Sequence record: NC_034625.1 | Strand: one strand, 5' to 3' | DNA length: 32,735 bases | Part shown: in pieces, positions 8,751-18,700 of the stretch | How positions within the stretch are numbered: position 1 is the stretch's first letter | Layout of the letters: every line of letters begins with the position of its first letter | Made by a program: the position numbers and the translations under genes | Notes under the pieces: generated by a model | The model's input: the letters and a program-made list of their open reading frames with translations, nothing else | Told to the model about the DNA's origin: nothing | Database searches by the model: none

Positions 8751-9155
8751 ATGGCAAAAGGAAGAACACCAAGATCATATAGTCAAAGATATGCAAAATG
8801 GTCAGCTAAATTTGCATCATTTTCAAATCCTACCGTAGCATCTACTATATTATCAAATGTTTCGCCAGTTGCACAACAAAATTTCCAAACTCATGTTCCA
8901 AAATTTACTAGCGTAAATGAACAAGTTTCCAGCGTATTGTCAGAATATGGAATTACTGGTCCTAACAGAGCCATTTACCAAGGCTTTGGTTTGAAGGTAG
9001 CTAGAGCTTTAAATAGACTTGGCGGTGGACCGGCGTTAGTAAATATGATCAACGGTTTGAAAGCTTATTATATTTCAGCATTTAATGCTAATCCAACTGT
9101 TTTGGATGCAGTCACCAACATTATAACTGGTTCACCAACTGGTTATGTAAGCTAA
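8751..9155 (+). CDS. mcp: Major capsid protein (134 aa, SIRV2-fold)
   Basis: MAKGRTPRSYSQRYAKW...GFGLKVARALNRLGGGPALVNMINGLKAYYISAFNANPTVLDAVTNIITG is the rudiviral MCP signature; T-rich terminator follows. Confidence 0.98.
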   Translation: MAKGRTPRSYSQRYAKWSAKFASFSNPTVASTILSNVSPVAQQNFQTHVPKFTSVNEQVSSVLSEYGITGPNRAIYQGFGLKVARALNRLGGGPALVNMINGLKAYYISAFNANPTVLDAVTNIITGSPTGYVS

Positions 9156-9266
9156 AAAATTATAGAATATCTTTTAAGCTATTTTATTTTTTTATTTTTT
9201 CTTTTTCAGAACTTTAGTTCAAATTTAAAATTTAAAAAAATTTGTTTTTAACTTTTTAACTTGAAA

Positions 9267-9437
9267 TTAATCATTATCATCAATTTCTGTTTCTATATAC
9301 TCATAATTTGTTTTACTTATTCTTTTACAATCACTAATTTTTACACCGGGATGATGTTTTTTCAAATGTGTAATCATAGCTTTTCTAGTTCTCGTTAAAT
9401 GTTGACAAATTGGACACTCAAATAAAAAGATACCCAT
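9267..9437 (-). CDS. 56-aa C2H2 zinc-finger protein
   Basis: CPIC-x12-HLKKHH. Start moved to ATG 9437 because a class-2 promoter lies at 9450-9467. Confidence 0.8.
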   Translation of the reverse strand: MGIFLFECPICQHLTRTRKAMITHLKKHHPGVKISDCKRISKTNYEYIETEIDDND

Positions 9438-9473
9438 GATATTTTTTAGTGTCATGACAAATAAAAAATTCAC

Positions 9474-10505
9474 ATGGAAGTGTCGAACACAGTTCGCCAC
9501 AAAACCGTAATTTTAACCATGAATTACTCATCTATTCGTAATGTGAGTGAAGATATTGCACAAGTTTTACGAAAAAATGGAGAAATTGTAACAATTTCAA
9601 CAAATCCATATTTAATTCCACAATCTGATAAATTAATAATTTTTATGCCTTTCCATCCACCATCTCTAAATCCATATTTGTATGCATTTAGAGAATTTAA
9701 AGGTAAGAAGTATTTTTATACAACTTGTGATGGTTTACCTAATACAAATATTGTAAATCAATATCTATTAGAAAATATAATATTTATTCCAAATTCAAAG
9801 TTTACAGCTCAAAATCTTCAAGAAGTTGGTCTTCAAACTGATCTTCCAGTTTTCCATGGTATAAATTTTGAAATTGTAGAAAAAGCTGAAAAATTATCCC
9901 AACAATTAAAACAAAAATTAGACAAAGATTTTCCAAATACAATAAAATTCGGAATTGTTAGTGGTTTAACTAAGAGAAAAAACATGGATTTAATGTTAAA
10001 AGTTTTCCAGGAGATAAATACTAAAATTCCAGAATTAGCCAAAAAAGTTCACTTCTTTGTAATTTCGCATAAAGACTTTAAAAATTATGAAGTTCCAGCA
10101 AATGTGCATTTTGTTGCTGAATTTGGACTAAATCCAAGAGAATATATTTATGCATTTTACAAAGTTATGGATTTTGTAATTGTTCCTTCTGGAACTGAGG
10201 GCTTTGGACTTCCAGTTTTAGAAAGCATGGCTATGGGTACTCCAGTAATTCATCAATTAATGCCACCATTTGATGAATTTACCTCATGGCAGTGGAACCT
10301 TTTGATTAAATCTAATGAAGTTGAAGAATATTATGATAAAACGCATGGACAGAAATGGAAAATTCATAAATTTGATATTCATGACATGATAAATGCAATA
10401 TTGATAGCTTCAGAATTGAAAGATAGAGAAGAAAGAAGTAGAAATCTAAAAGAATTAGCTAAGAGATATAATATAGAAAATTTATATGTCAGATTTTTAG
10501 AGTGA
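9474..10505 (+). CDS. GT-B (GT4-like) glycosyltransferase, 343 aa
   Basis: PSGTEGFGLPVLESMAMGTPVI (E-x7-E motif). Confidence 0.93.
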   Translation: MEVSNTVRHKTVILTMNYSSIRNVSEDIAQVLRKNGEIVTISTNPYLIPQSDKLIIFMPFHPPSLNPYLYAFREFKGKKYFYTTCDGLPNTNIVNQYLLENIIFIPNSKFTAQNLQEVGLQTDLPVFHGINFEIVEKAEKLSQQLKQKLDKDFPNTIKFGIVSGLTKRKNMDLMLKVFQEINTKIPELAKKVHFFVISHKDFKNYEVPANVHFVAEFGLNPREYIYAFYKVMDFVIVPSGTEGFGLPVLESMAMGTPVIHQLMPPFDEFTSWQWNLLIKSNEVEEYYDKTHGQKWKIHKFDIHDMINAILIASELKDREERSRNLKELAKRYNIENLYVRFLE

Positions 10506-10568
10506 CTTCAAGAGCTGGTTAATCGAAAAATTTATATGTTTTGAATGACATATAATTATAGTGAGACT

Positions 10569-10694
10569 ATGGAGGAAGTAATAATTGAATGTAAAAATTT
10601 CACAAAGTTTCATGTAAAGAAAAAGAAAGGTGTACAAATTAAAAATATCATACAAATGTGTCAAGATTTCGGATTAGAAATTAAGGTGTATTAA
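10569..10694 (+). CDS. 41-aa basic hypothetical protein (not in ORF track)
   Basis: Manual translation MEEVIIECKNFTKFHVKKKKGVQIKNIIQMCQDFGLEIKVY; GTGAG upstream; ends 3 nt before the next gene. Confidence 0.5.
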   Translation: MEEVIIECKNFTKFHVKKKKGVQIKNIIQMCQDFGLEIKVY

Positions 10695-10697
10695 AAA

Positions 10698-10997
10698 ATG
10701 CCAAAATATTATTATTGTTATATTTGCAAAACTACACTTATTGGAAAAAAAGAATTCAAAAAACATGCACAAAAACATTTTCATAATGAAAGATGTCCAT
10801 ATTGCAATATGAAAACAAAAAGATTGTCAATTCATTTAGCATATTATCATTTACAATTTAGAAGAAAAGCAGTCTTATTAAGGGATTTAGCAATATTAGC
10901 AAAGGAATACGGTAATATAAACTTTCTTTACGACAAAGATTTAAAAATTGACAATTACATCAAATTTCATATAAAAAGAATGATGAATAAGTTATAA
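10698..10997 (+). CDS. Double C2H2 zinc-finger protein, 99 aa
   Basis: CYIC-x12-HAQKH and CPYC-x9-HLAYYH. Confidence 0.85.
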   Translation: MPKYYYCYICKTTLIGKKEFKKHAQKHFHNERCPYCNMKTKRLSIHLAYYHLQFRRKAVLLRDLAILAKEYGNINFLYDKDLKIDNYIKFHIKRMMNKL

Positions 10998-11021
10998 TTC
11001 TTTTTTTAGTTTGTATTTTTT

Positions 11022-11219
11022 TCACTTCTTGTTTTCTGAGTTTTTGTTTAATAAAACTGCTATATCTTTGCTTATTTCTTCAGATATATTTTTAATTATT
11101 TCTAAAGCTTCTAATATTTCATCTTCTTTAAGATCTTCATTTTCACTAATTTCATCAATTAGACCAAGTTGTAATTGTAATAGAACCTCAAATTTTATTA
11201 AATCTATCTTTTTTACCAT
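11022..11219 (-). CDS. 65-aa acidic helical hypothetical protein
   Basis: ORF track; class-2 promoter at 11247-11260. Confidence 0.65.
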   Translation of the reverse strand: MVKKIDLIKFEVLLQLQLGLIDEISENEDLKEDEILEALEIIKNISEEISKDIAVLLNKNSENKK

Positions 11220-11256
11220 CTTTCCATCTAGATAGAAATTTAAAATATGACAAATA

Positions 11257-11484
11257 TCAAGTTTTACCTAGTTTTATTTTTATTTCTTCAATTTGTTTTT
11301 TTAATTCATTCTGATTTATCTTCAATTCTTCAATTTCTATTTTTAAATTTTGTAGTTCTGAATTAACTATTTCTTTAACTGCGTCTCTTAATGCATTCTT
11401 AATTTTTAAATAAAGTTGGACAATTGCGAATAGAGTAGTTACAAATGTTGAAATAATTGTTAAAATAAGAGTTATTTCATTCAT
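11257..11484 (-). CDS. 75-aa N-terminal TM plus coiled-coil protein
   Basis: Hydrophobic residues 3-25 followed by heptad repeats; overlaps the upstream gene by 8 nt. Confidence 0.75.
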   Translation of the reverse strand: MNEITLILTIISTFVTTLFAIVQLYLKIKNALRDAVKEIVNSELQNLKIEIEELKINQNELKKQIEEIKIKLGKT

Positions 11485-11845
11485 CTTTTATTCCCTCTAA
11501 TTGATCTTCTAAATTATCTAAATTTAAATTCTCATCTTCTTTAAATTTTTGGTAAACAGAATCTACTTGTTTCGCATAAGGTTGTGGGTAAACTACGCGA
11601 AAATCTGAAATACCAATTCTATTAGTTTCGGGATCTTTAGCAATGAGAAATTGAAAATAGAAAGTAAATCCAGGAATATATAAATCTACAACCATGGGCA
11701 ATTCTGCATTTTTTAAAACTATAATTGAATGAGGTAAATATTTACTAAGGCCATAAATTTGACCTTGAAGTTCTAGTTCTCTAATTTTATCTATCGCGAT
11801 TCTTACAGGACCGAAAATATTCGAAAACTCATCTTTAATTTGCAT
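11477..11845 (-). CDS. 122-aa hypothetical protein (rudiviral)
   Basis: ORF track; class-3 promoter (palindrome 11897-11916, TTTATT at 11878). Confidence 0.8.
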   Translation of the reverse strand: MQIKDEFSNIFGPVRIAIDKIRELELQGQIYGLSKYLPHSIIVLKNAELPMVVDLYIPGFTFYFQFLIAKDPETNRIGISDFRVVYPQPYAKQVDSVYQKFKEDENLNLDNLEDQLEGIKDE

Positions 11846-12014
11846 GTTTCTTTATTTCATAAAACAAGAATAAATAAACTCAAAGCAAATTTGCTATATA
11901 CATTATATTATGTATATGCATTTGTTAATGAACGCGTAAAGCATAATTAGATTATGAATTTTGAAAATATTTTAATTTTTATCAATTAAAATTGTTAATA
12001 CTTTTATCTAAATC

Positions 12015-12173
12015 TTAAGTTAATATTTTTAAAATTTTTTTCTTATCAATCTTTTTATCAGTTTTGCAAGGTATATAAAATCCTTCATGTAAATCATACG
12101 GTTCACCATACCATAATTTTTTATTCAAATTACATGGCTCAATATTCCAATCTTTTTTCTTTTTAATTATCAT
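12015..12173 (-). CDS. 52-aa Lys-rich hypothetical protein (not in ORF track)
   Basis: Manual translation MIIKKKKDWNIEPCNLNKKLWYGEPYDLHEGFYIPCKTDKKIDKKKILKILT; starts 13 nt after the 466-aa stop. Confidence 0.45.
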   Translation of the reverse strand: MIIKKKKDWNIEPCNLNKKLWYGEPYDLHEGFYIPCKTDKKIDKKKILKILT

Positions 12174-12186
12174 GTTTATCAATTCT

Positions 12187-13587
12187 TCATCTTTCAGCTA
12201 TATTTTTAAAGTTTTTGTAATAGAAGATTGGCTTATATTGTTTGGCTTTTGCAGACTTTTGAGCTAACTTAAGCGAATTTTCAACTTTTGCTTGACCTTG
12301 TAATTTCTCCCCAAGTTGTTGAGCAAATTGTAAATCAGTATTTGAAATTCCATAAAATGACCACTTATTCTTCCAATAATTCAAAAATTCATTATAAGGA
12401 AGTGTTCTTTTTCCAGTTGAATAACTATAATTTTGTTGATAAGGATATCTAGCAATTTCCAAAATTGCTGATGCTACCATTTTAGCATACCAAACATTAG
12501 AATATTTCTTATTTACAATTCTTTGGACTTGTAGAAATTGCTCATATGAAACTGCATAATTCTCAATTTCTGCAGAATATGTTATGTTTATTCCTCCTGG
12601 TGAAGGATCATAAAGATGCAATTTAAACAAACTTCCAAATATTGAAATTACAGTTTTATCAGCTGTTAAAATTGTTACTAAATCTAATTGTGTAACATTA
12701 TTAGGATTAAATTCAGGAATTAGCATAGCAAAATCTAATGGTGTATAATCCAATATCATTCCAAAAACATCAGCAAAATTTTGTAAAATCATATTATTCT
12801 CAAGTTGAACTTTATAAGTTGGAGAATTTTCAATTTCTGGAGCTAAAACACATCTATCGAGCCAACCAACATCTAACGCAAAACCACTATTAATTATATC
12901 ATTCAAATTTGGTATAAATGAAACTACAAATTTAGCTAAATCTGGAAGTTGATTAAAATTGAGATTTAAAGCATTTAACAAATCACCAACTCCAGTATTT
13001 TGAATATTATTAAGTGAATAATTATCAACATTTGGAATTTGAGTATTTCCAACTCCCAAAGTTGGAAGATCAATAGATATATTTGAAGCTGATAAACTAT
13101 TAAAATATTGTTCTATTTTTTCACATGCTTGGTTTCTATTTATAATTGTATTCGCTGACTGGAAAACACTTAAATCAAAATATGTCTCATCAAAAACTGC
13201 AGGCTGATATAAAATTGAACAAAGATTTACATAATTATCATAAAGTTGTGTAGATTTGTTTATAAAATCAAGACCAGAAGTTTGACCATAAATTCCACTT
13301 TGACCTAATTGTAGAAAACTAAATGAATTTGTATTTGGATTAAATATTGACATTGCTAAATTGTTTAATGCGGAAAGTAAAGATGAAATAATTGTAGCAT
13401 ATGCAATTCCATAATTAGTATTTATACCTGGAGGAATTTGAATATTTTCAAGTGGAGTTGGCAAAACTGAGGAAACTCCAGCGTTAAACATTTGCGAAAA
13501 AGCGGGAAAAGTATTTCTATTCAATACTTTTTGATAAAGATGATACTTCATAGATGCGATATTTCTATTACCTACTCTTCTTCCCAT
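12187..13587 (-). CDS. Minor virion protein, 466 aa (SIRV2 ORF488-like)
   Basis: Size, basic N-terminus, position between capsid gene and resolvase, class-3 promoter. Confidence 0.75.
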   Translation of the reverse strand: MGRRVGNRNIASMKYHLYQKVLNRNTFPAFSQMFNAGVSSVLPTPLENIQIPPGINTNYGIAYATIISSLLSALNNLAMSIFNPNTNSFSFLQLGQSGIYGQTSGLDFINKSTQLYDNYVNLCSILYQPAVFDETYFDLSVFQSANTIINRNQACEKIEQYFNSLSASNISIDLPTLGVGNTQIPNVDNYSLNNIQNTGVGDLLNALNLNFNQLPDLAKFVVSFIPNLNDIINSGFALDVGWLDRCVLAPEIENSPTYKVQLENNMILQNFADVFGMILDYTPLDFAMLIPEFNPNNVTQLDLVTILTADKTVISIFGSLFKLHLYDPSPGGINITYSAEIENYAVSYEQFLQVQRIVNKKYSNVWYAKMVASAILEIARYPYQQNYSYSTGKRTLPYNEFLNYWKNKWSFYGISNTDLQFAQQLGEKLQGQAKVENSLKLAQKSAKAKQYKPIFYYKNFKNIAER

Positions 13588-13721
13588 AATTATTATATCT
13601 GTAAATGTAGAAAATAAAACTTAATTCTAATACATAATATAATGTATATCAGTTTTACTCTTTGATCTCATCATATTCAATTCATAAAATATATATTTGT
13701 CATAATTTGAGTTACGAATGT

Positions 13722-14183
13722 ATGCAATTACAATTTAGAATAGAAGAAGCAAAAGATAAAGAATTAATAAAATTTGTAAGAATGTTGATAGATTATTATC
13801 ATTCTCAAGGAATGCCTTTGGGAGGCGGTGCTGGAAAAAATAGCAGATATTTTATGTATATTGCTAACGACAGTGAGCAAGATTTTATTGTAGCAGTAGC
13901 ATGGTTACACGATAATACGCCTTTTCGTTACATAGCTCAGGATTATAAAATTCCAAATGACAGAAGTTATTTTATTAGAAGAATTACTAAAACAGCTCCA
14001 GGAGATTATGACGTTAGTTTTCTAATTGATTTAGCTAAAAAGTTAAAAAATGATGGAGTTGAAGTATTATGGACACTAGGATTTCCAGAACACTCTAATA
14101 CTTTATTCAAGAAAGCTGGATTTGTTGAAGTTGGGAAAACAAATAGAACTGGACATCCAATTTTCGTGAAGTGGTTAAAATGA
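13722..14183 (+). CDS. GNAT-like acetyltransferase, 153 aa
   Basis: YFIRRI strand and C-terminal SNTLFKKAGFVEVG (GNAT motif B-like). Start moved to ATG 13722 behind class-2 promoter 13691-13703. Confidence 0.6.
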   Translation: MQLQFRIEEAKDKELIKFVRMLIDYYHSQGMPLGGGAGKNSRYFMYIANDSEQDFIVAVAWLHDNTPFRYIAQDYKIPNDRSYFIRRITKTAPGDYDVSFLIDLAKKLKNDGVEVLWTLGFPEHSNTLFKKAGFVEVGKTNRTGHPIFVKWLK

Positions 14184-14488
14184 CAATTGTTGTAATTATA
14201 GATAAAGAAGTTGAAAATTTGGAATGTATAAAAGAAGGAGGTAGAGATTTATATGATGATTTTATAGGCGTTTTGTCAGATTATGAAATTGTAAATGAAT
14301 ATGCTGTTAATGTAAGTGATGAAACATGGGGAAAAATAAGAGATGATTCTATAAAAAGATTATTTTTAGATGAAAGTGATGAACAAAGTTCATCACAAAA
14401 TGAATTTAAATATTATTTAAAAAACGCTAACTATGTATTTGTTTACAAGGACGGAAAATATAAATTATGTTTACCAATAAATGATTAA
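14171..14488 (+). CDS. 105-aa acidic hypothetical protein
   Basis: ORF track; overlaps the GNAT stop (alternative ATG at 14180 gives an ATGA overlap). Confidence 0.7.
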   Translation: MVKMTIVVIIDKEVENLECIKEGGRDLYDDFIGVLSDYEIVNEYAVNVSDETWGKIRDDSIKRLFLDESDEQSSSQNEFKYYLKNANYVFVYKDGKYKLCLPIND

Positions 14489-14498
14489 AATAAAAAAA

Positions 14499-14780
14499 TT
14501 ATAACTTATGTTTTTTAATCTTATTTGCTATATATACTGATTCGATAATTGAAAGAAGTGTTTCAAGTTGAACATCATCTTCTATGAGCATTCCAAAAAA
14601 ATAACCAAAGAAAATAATTAAAGAATCCATACTTATTTTTTCATCTTTATAACTTTCTAGTATATCGTAAAAAGCGTACTCTAAATAGCTTACTTGTTTT
14701 TCTATAATTTTAAGTGAATTTTCATCTGGATGAAAAGTTTCTTTAAAAACTTCTATTATTTTTTCTAAGCCTTTGTCCAT
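14499..14780 (-). CDS. 93-aa hypothetical protein
   Basis: ORF track; class-2 promoter at 14806-14818. Confidence 0.7.
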   Translation of the reverse strand: MDKGLEKIIEVFKETFHPDENSLKIIEKQVSYLEYAFYDILESYKDEKISMDSLIIFFGYFFGMLIEDDVQLETLLSIIESVYIANKIKKHKL

Positions 14781-14852
14781 ACTTATCTATATAAAAATTT
14801 TCATTATGACAAATTTAAACATATATATGTCATAGTTTTAAAATTTTAGCTG

Positions 14853-15236
14853 ATGAATTTTAGACAATCTGGAAAATATTATGAATATAAAACTGTTGAA
14901 TTTCTTGAAAAAAATGGCTATAAAGCTATAAGAATTCCAGTTTCTGGAACTGGAAAACAGCCAATTCCAGATATTATAGCAATTAAGGATAATACAATTT
15001 TTCCAATTGAAGTTAAATCAACTTCACAAAATTATGTTGTAGTTGATAATTTTCAAATTGATAAATTGTTTAAGTTCTGTGAGATATTCAATTTTTGTAA
15101 TTGTAAACCGTTAATACTAGTTCATTATAAAAAATATAAAAATGTCATAATATATAATTTGAAGCAAGATGTCAGAGAAAAAAGTAAAATCAAATTTGAA
15201 TACAGAAATAACAGCAAAACTGTATTTAGCACTTGA
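14853..15236 (+). CDS. hjc: Holliday junction resolvase (archaeal Hjc type)
   Basis: GKYYE, RIPVSG, PDIIA and IEVKS motifs. Confidence 0.96.
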   Translation: MNFRQSGKYYEYKTVEFLEKNGYKAIRIPVSGTGKQPIPDIIAIKDNTIFPIEVKSTSQNYVVVDNFQIDKLFKFCEIFNFCNCKPLILVHYKKYKNVIIYNLKQDVREKSKIKFEYRNNSKTVFST

Positions 15237-15378
15237 CGACTTAACATTAGCATTAGCTACTTGCGATGATGAAAATATTAGAAAGAGTGAAGTTTTTCAA
15301 AAAGCTCTAGAAGTTGTAAAAATTGTCAAAGAAATGAGAAAAATGCAAGTAAAACCGCCAGATGAAGAAAAATCCTAA
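15169..15378 (+). CDS. 69-aa hypothetical protein (SIRV ORF69-like)
   Basis: ORF track; has its own class-2 promoter (15135-15148) inside hjc. Confidence 0.7.
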   Translation: MSEKKVKSNLNTEITAKLYLALDDLTLALATCDDENIRKSEVFQKALEVVKIVKEMRKMQVKPPDEEKS

Positions 15379-15390
15379 ATTTCAATTTTT

Positions 15391-15650
15391 TTCAAGTTTA
15401 AGAGATATCAAGTTTGATATAACTCTTTTCATCTAAAATTTTTTTCTTTATAAATCTCGTTACACTCTTTCTTTGCGTAAAATTACGTTAAGAAAAATAA
15501 AAATCTCGAGAGATAAGAGTTTAAAAAGATTTCTTGTAAATTTACGACTTTAGTTTATATACTCATCATTACAATTTGTTACGCAGTCAGCGAAATAAAA
15601 GATCATTAGATGAATTGAAAGTACGTGCTTGATTTCAAATTTCAATTTTT
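15391..15650. ncRNA. Candidate ~260-nt structured non-coding RNA
   Basis: No credible ORF; several complementary segments; bounded by a 14-bp direct repeat 260 bp apart. Strand and expression unknown. Confidence 0.35.
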
Positions 15651-15792
15651 CATATCATAAAAAAATCGAAAAGTAAAAAAGGTTTTACTTCTTCAGTTGA
15701 AAACTTCAAAAAAAGAAAGAAGATTTTTACATAAAACAATTTTTACTTTTACAACAACATTTATAATTTTATAATATACACATGATAATAAT

Positions 15793-18700
15793 ATGAGTTT
15801 CTTATTAAATCTTGGAGATTTAGGTACATTTTTTTCAGATGAGCTAACAGCATTAGAGAATTTTGCAAATTTCTTAAGCTCTGATTTTATAAACTTTTTT
15901 AGTGCAGTAGTTAATGATATTGAAAATGTTGTAAGTTTCTTAGGTCAAGCAATTAGTGATATTCCAACTTTTATGCAAAAAATTGCTAACAATTTCTTGA
16001 CGATTTTGCAAAACTTTGTACAAACTGCAATTCCAGTAGTTTCAGGATTTTTAACATTTCTTGAACAACAAATTATAAATGTATTTCAAGATTTGTCTTC
16101 TTTAGCTTCTACATTTATTAATGATGCATATTCATTTTTACAAGGTGTTGTAAATGCATTTGCAAATTTAATAAGTACAATAGTTCAAGATTTTCTAAAT
16201 AATTTTGGTCAAAATATGAAACATATTAGTTCTGCAATTTCTCAAGTTACTCAATTTTTAACTCCATTTATCGCTCCAGTCACTTTAGGAAAATTTTTGC
16301 CAGCAATAATAGATAAATTAGCTGAAATTTTGCCAGAAGTTGAAATTGATTTAGCGCCAGTTGGCTTAGGCGGAAAAATTCCAATTAACTTTGGAGAAAT
16401 TGTAAAAGCGTTTGCTGAAACTTCAGTTGACTTTTTAAATGAAGTTAGACAAGAAATACAAACTACGCTTAAGGAGTTTATAAAAGAGCCATTTATTTCA
16501 GATTTTAAAATTACTGCGAGAGAAATATTTAATGAAATTGGTCTTGGTGATTTACCATTTGCTGACCCACCATTTACACAAATAGCGAAATGGGTTGGCT
16601 CAAGATCATTTTCTGAAATAAAAGATCATTTAAGAGAAACAATTTATTTAACTGGATTTCCAGCATGGTTTACTGATGCTTATCTAGAATCTCCAGTTGA
16701 TGATTTTATTCCAAGAAATCCGTTATTTAGACCAGTAAATATAAGAGATGTAATTTTAGCTTCCCAATATGGAATTTTAGATTTTAGTGCAGTTTCGCAA
16801 TATGCAGAAAATAATTTGATAACTCCAAAAACTGCAAAATTAATGTATCAAAATGAGACTGCTAGACTTTTACAAAGAGCAGTTGAAGAAGGAATTAGAC
16901 AATTTATAGTTTCTCCAGAAAAAGCTTATCAAGAAATAATACAAAATGTAAATTTAGCTGGAAAGGATCTATTTTTAAAAGTTTTCTCTTTGGAGTATAA
17001 TTATGCAGTTCAAAGAATCGTAAGACAATTTTTAAGATCACTTTTGTCGAGAGCTTTAACGAATTTTGGAAGACCTTACATAGATTTAAAATTCCTAGAA
17101 TCTACAGTTCAAAAATTATTTAAAGAACTAAATTATCCTGAAGAAGTTCAAAATGTTTTCAACATAATGATTGAACAATCTCAAATTGTATACACTAATC
17201 AACTTTTATTATCACAACTAGAACAAATTACTAAGCTAGGAATATTTGACGAAAAGAAAGTAAAAGCAGAATTGAAAGCTAATAACTTTAATGAGCAAAT
17301 TGCACTTACAATTTTACAATATGAACTCCAATATGTACAATTACAATATATTCTTAAAGAACTTCAATTTAAACTACAAAATTATATTATTAGCACAAAA
17401 GACGCAGAAAATCAATTAAAGAAATTAGGCTTTGATTCATCTATAATTTCTGAGATAATTTTTGAATATCAAACAGCTCCATTAACAAAATATCAAATTA
17501 GCCAAATTGAAAGTTTGGCTAGAAAAGGATATTTATCAGTTGATGAAATTAAAAAACAATTACATTCATTAGGAGTAATTAAGGAATTTGAAGACATATT
17601 TATCAATTACACAAGTCAAGAAATTCAAATATCAACAACTTTAAGTATTGTAAAAGAACAATTAAGAAACTTCCTAATAGATTCAAAAACTGTAGAAAAT
17701 GAATTAAAAGTGTTGAAAATTAATGATTATTTAATAAATGAGATAATTCAAGAAGAATATAATATAAATATTGCTAAATTACAATTATCATATTTAGAAA
17801 CTTTAGCTAAGAATTTATACTATGATCAAGCTCAATTATCTAATGAATTATCCAAAATTTTGAAAGATAAAACTGCAATAGATCTTTATGTTCAAAGATT
17901 TTATTATGAATATGTATTTCCAAAAATTGTCAATTATTACGTAAGTTTAGCAAGGCATGGGATAATTGGAAATATTAAAAATTTACCAAAAGAAATTGTA
18001 GATTATGAAATTAATCCACAAATCCAAATTTTCCAACTTACAACAGAATTAGAATATATAAAATCTTTACTAAAAGATCTACAAATAACACCAACAAATG
18101 CTGAAAACGAGTTAATAAAATTAGGAATGCAAAAAGATTTAGCTAATTTATTTGTACAAACTTATATTCCGACACTTTATAGTTTACATACTATAATTGG
18201 AAATATTGTAAATGGACAACTCTTTAAAGTCGGAAAAGTACCCGTGAATCTAGGAAATGCTGAATCACAATTAAGACAATTAGGAATTCCTGAAAGTCAA
18301 ATAAAAATATTGTTAGAACAATATGCATCCAGTTTTGGTTTAGAAATTTGGAGAAAATACTTGCCTTCATTAAGTGTGATTGAGACCGCAATAAAGTATA
18401 ATTATCCAGAAAAACAATTAATTGACTATTCATTTATACCTTCTGAATTTCTTAACTTATACTCTAACTTATATCAATATGAACTAATTGGACAATATGT
18501 ACAATCCTTAAAGACTGACTATGTTCAATTATTAGTTTATGGAGTTCAAAATATTCAACTTGAAAGTATAATGAAACAATATGGAATAAATGAAGTGCTA
18601 TTAGGAGTTCTAAAATTATCAGCTCAAATTAAGAAAATATTAACGGCCTACCAAGAGTTATACTTAACACCGTCTAAAGCACTTTCTATAAGTGAATATG

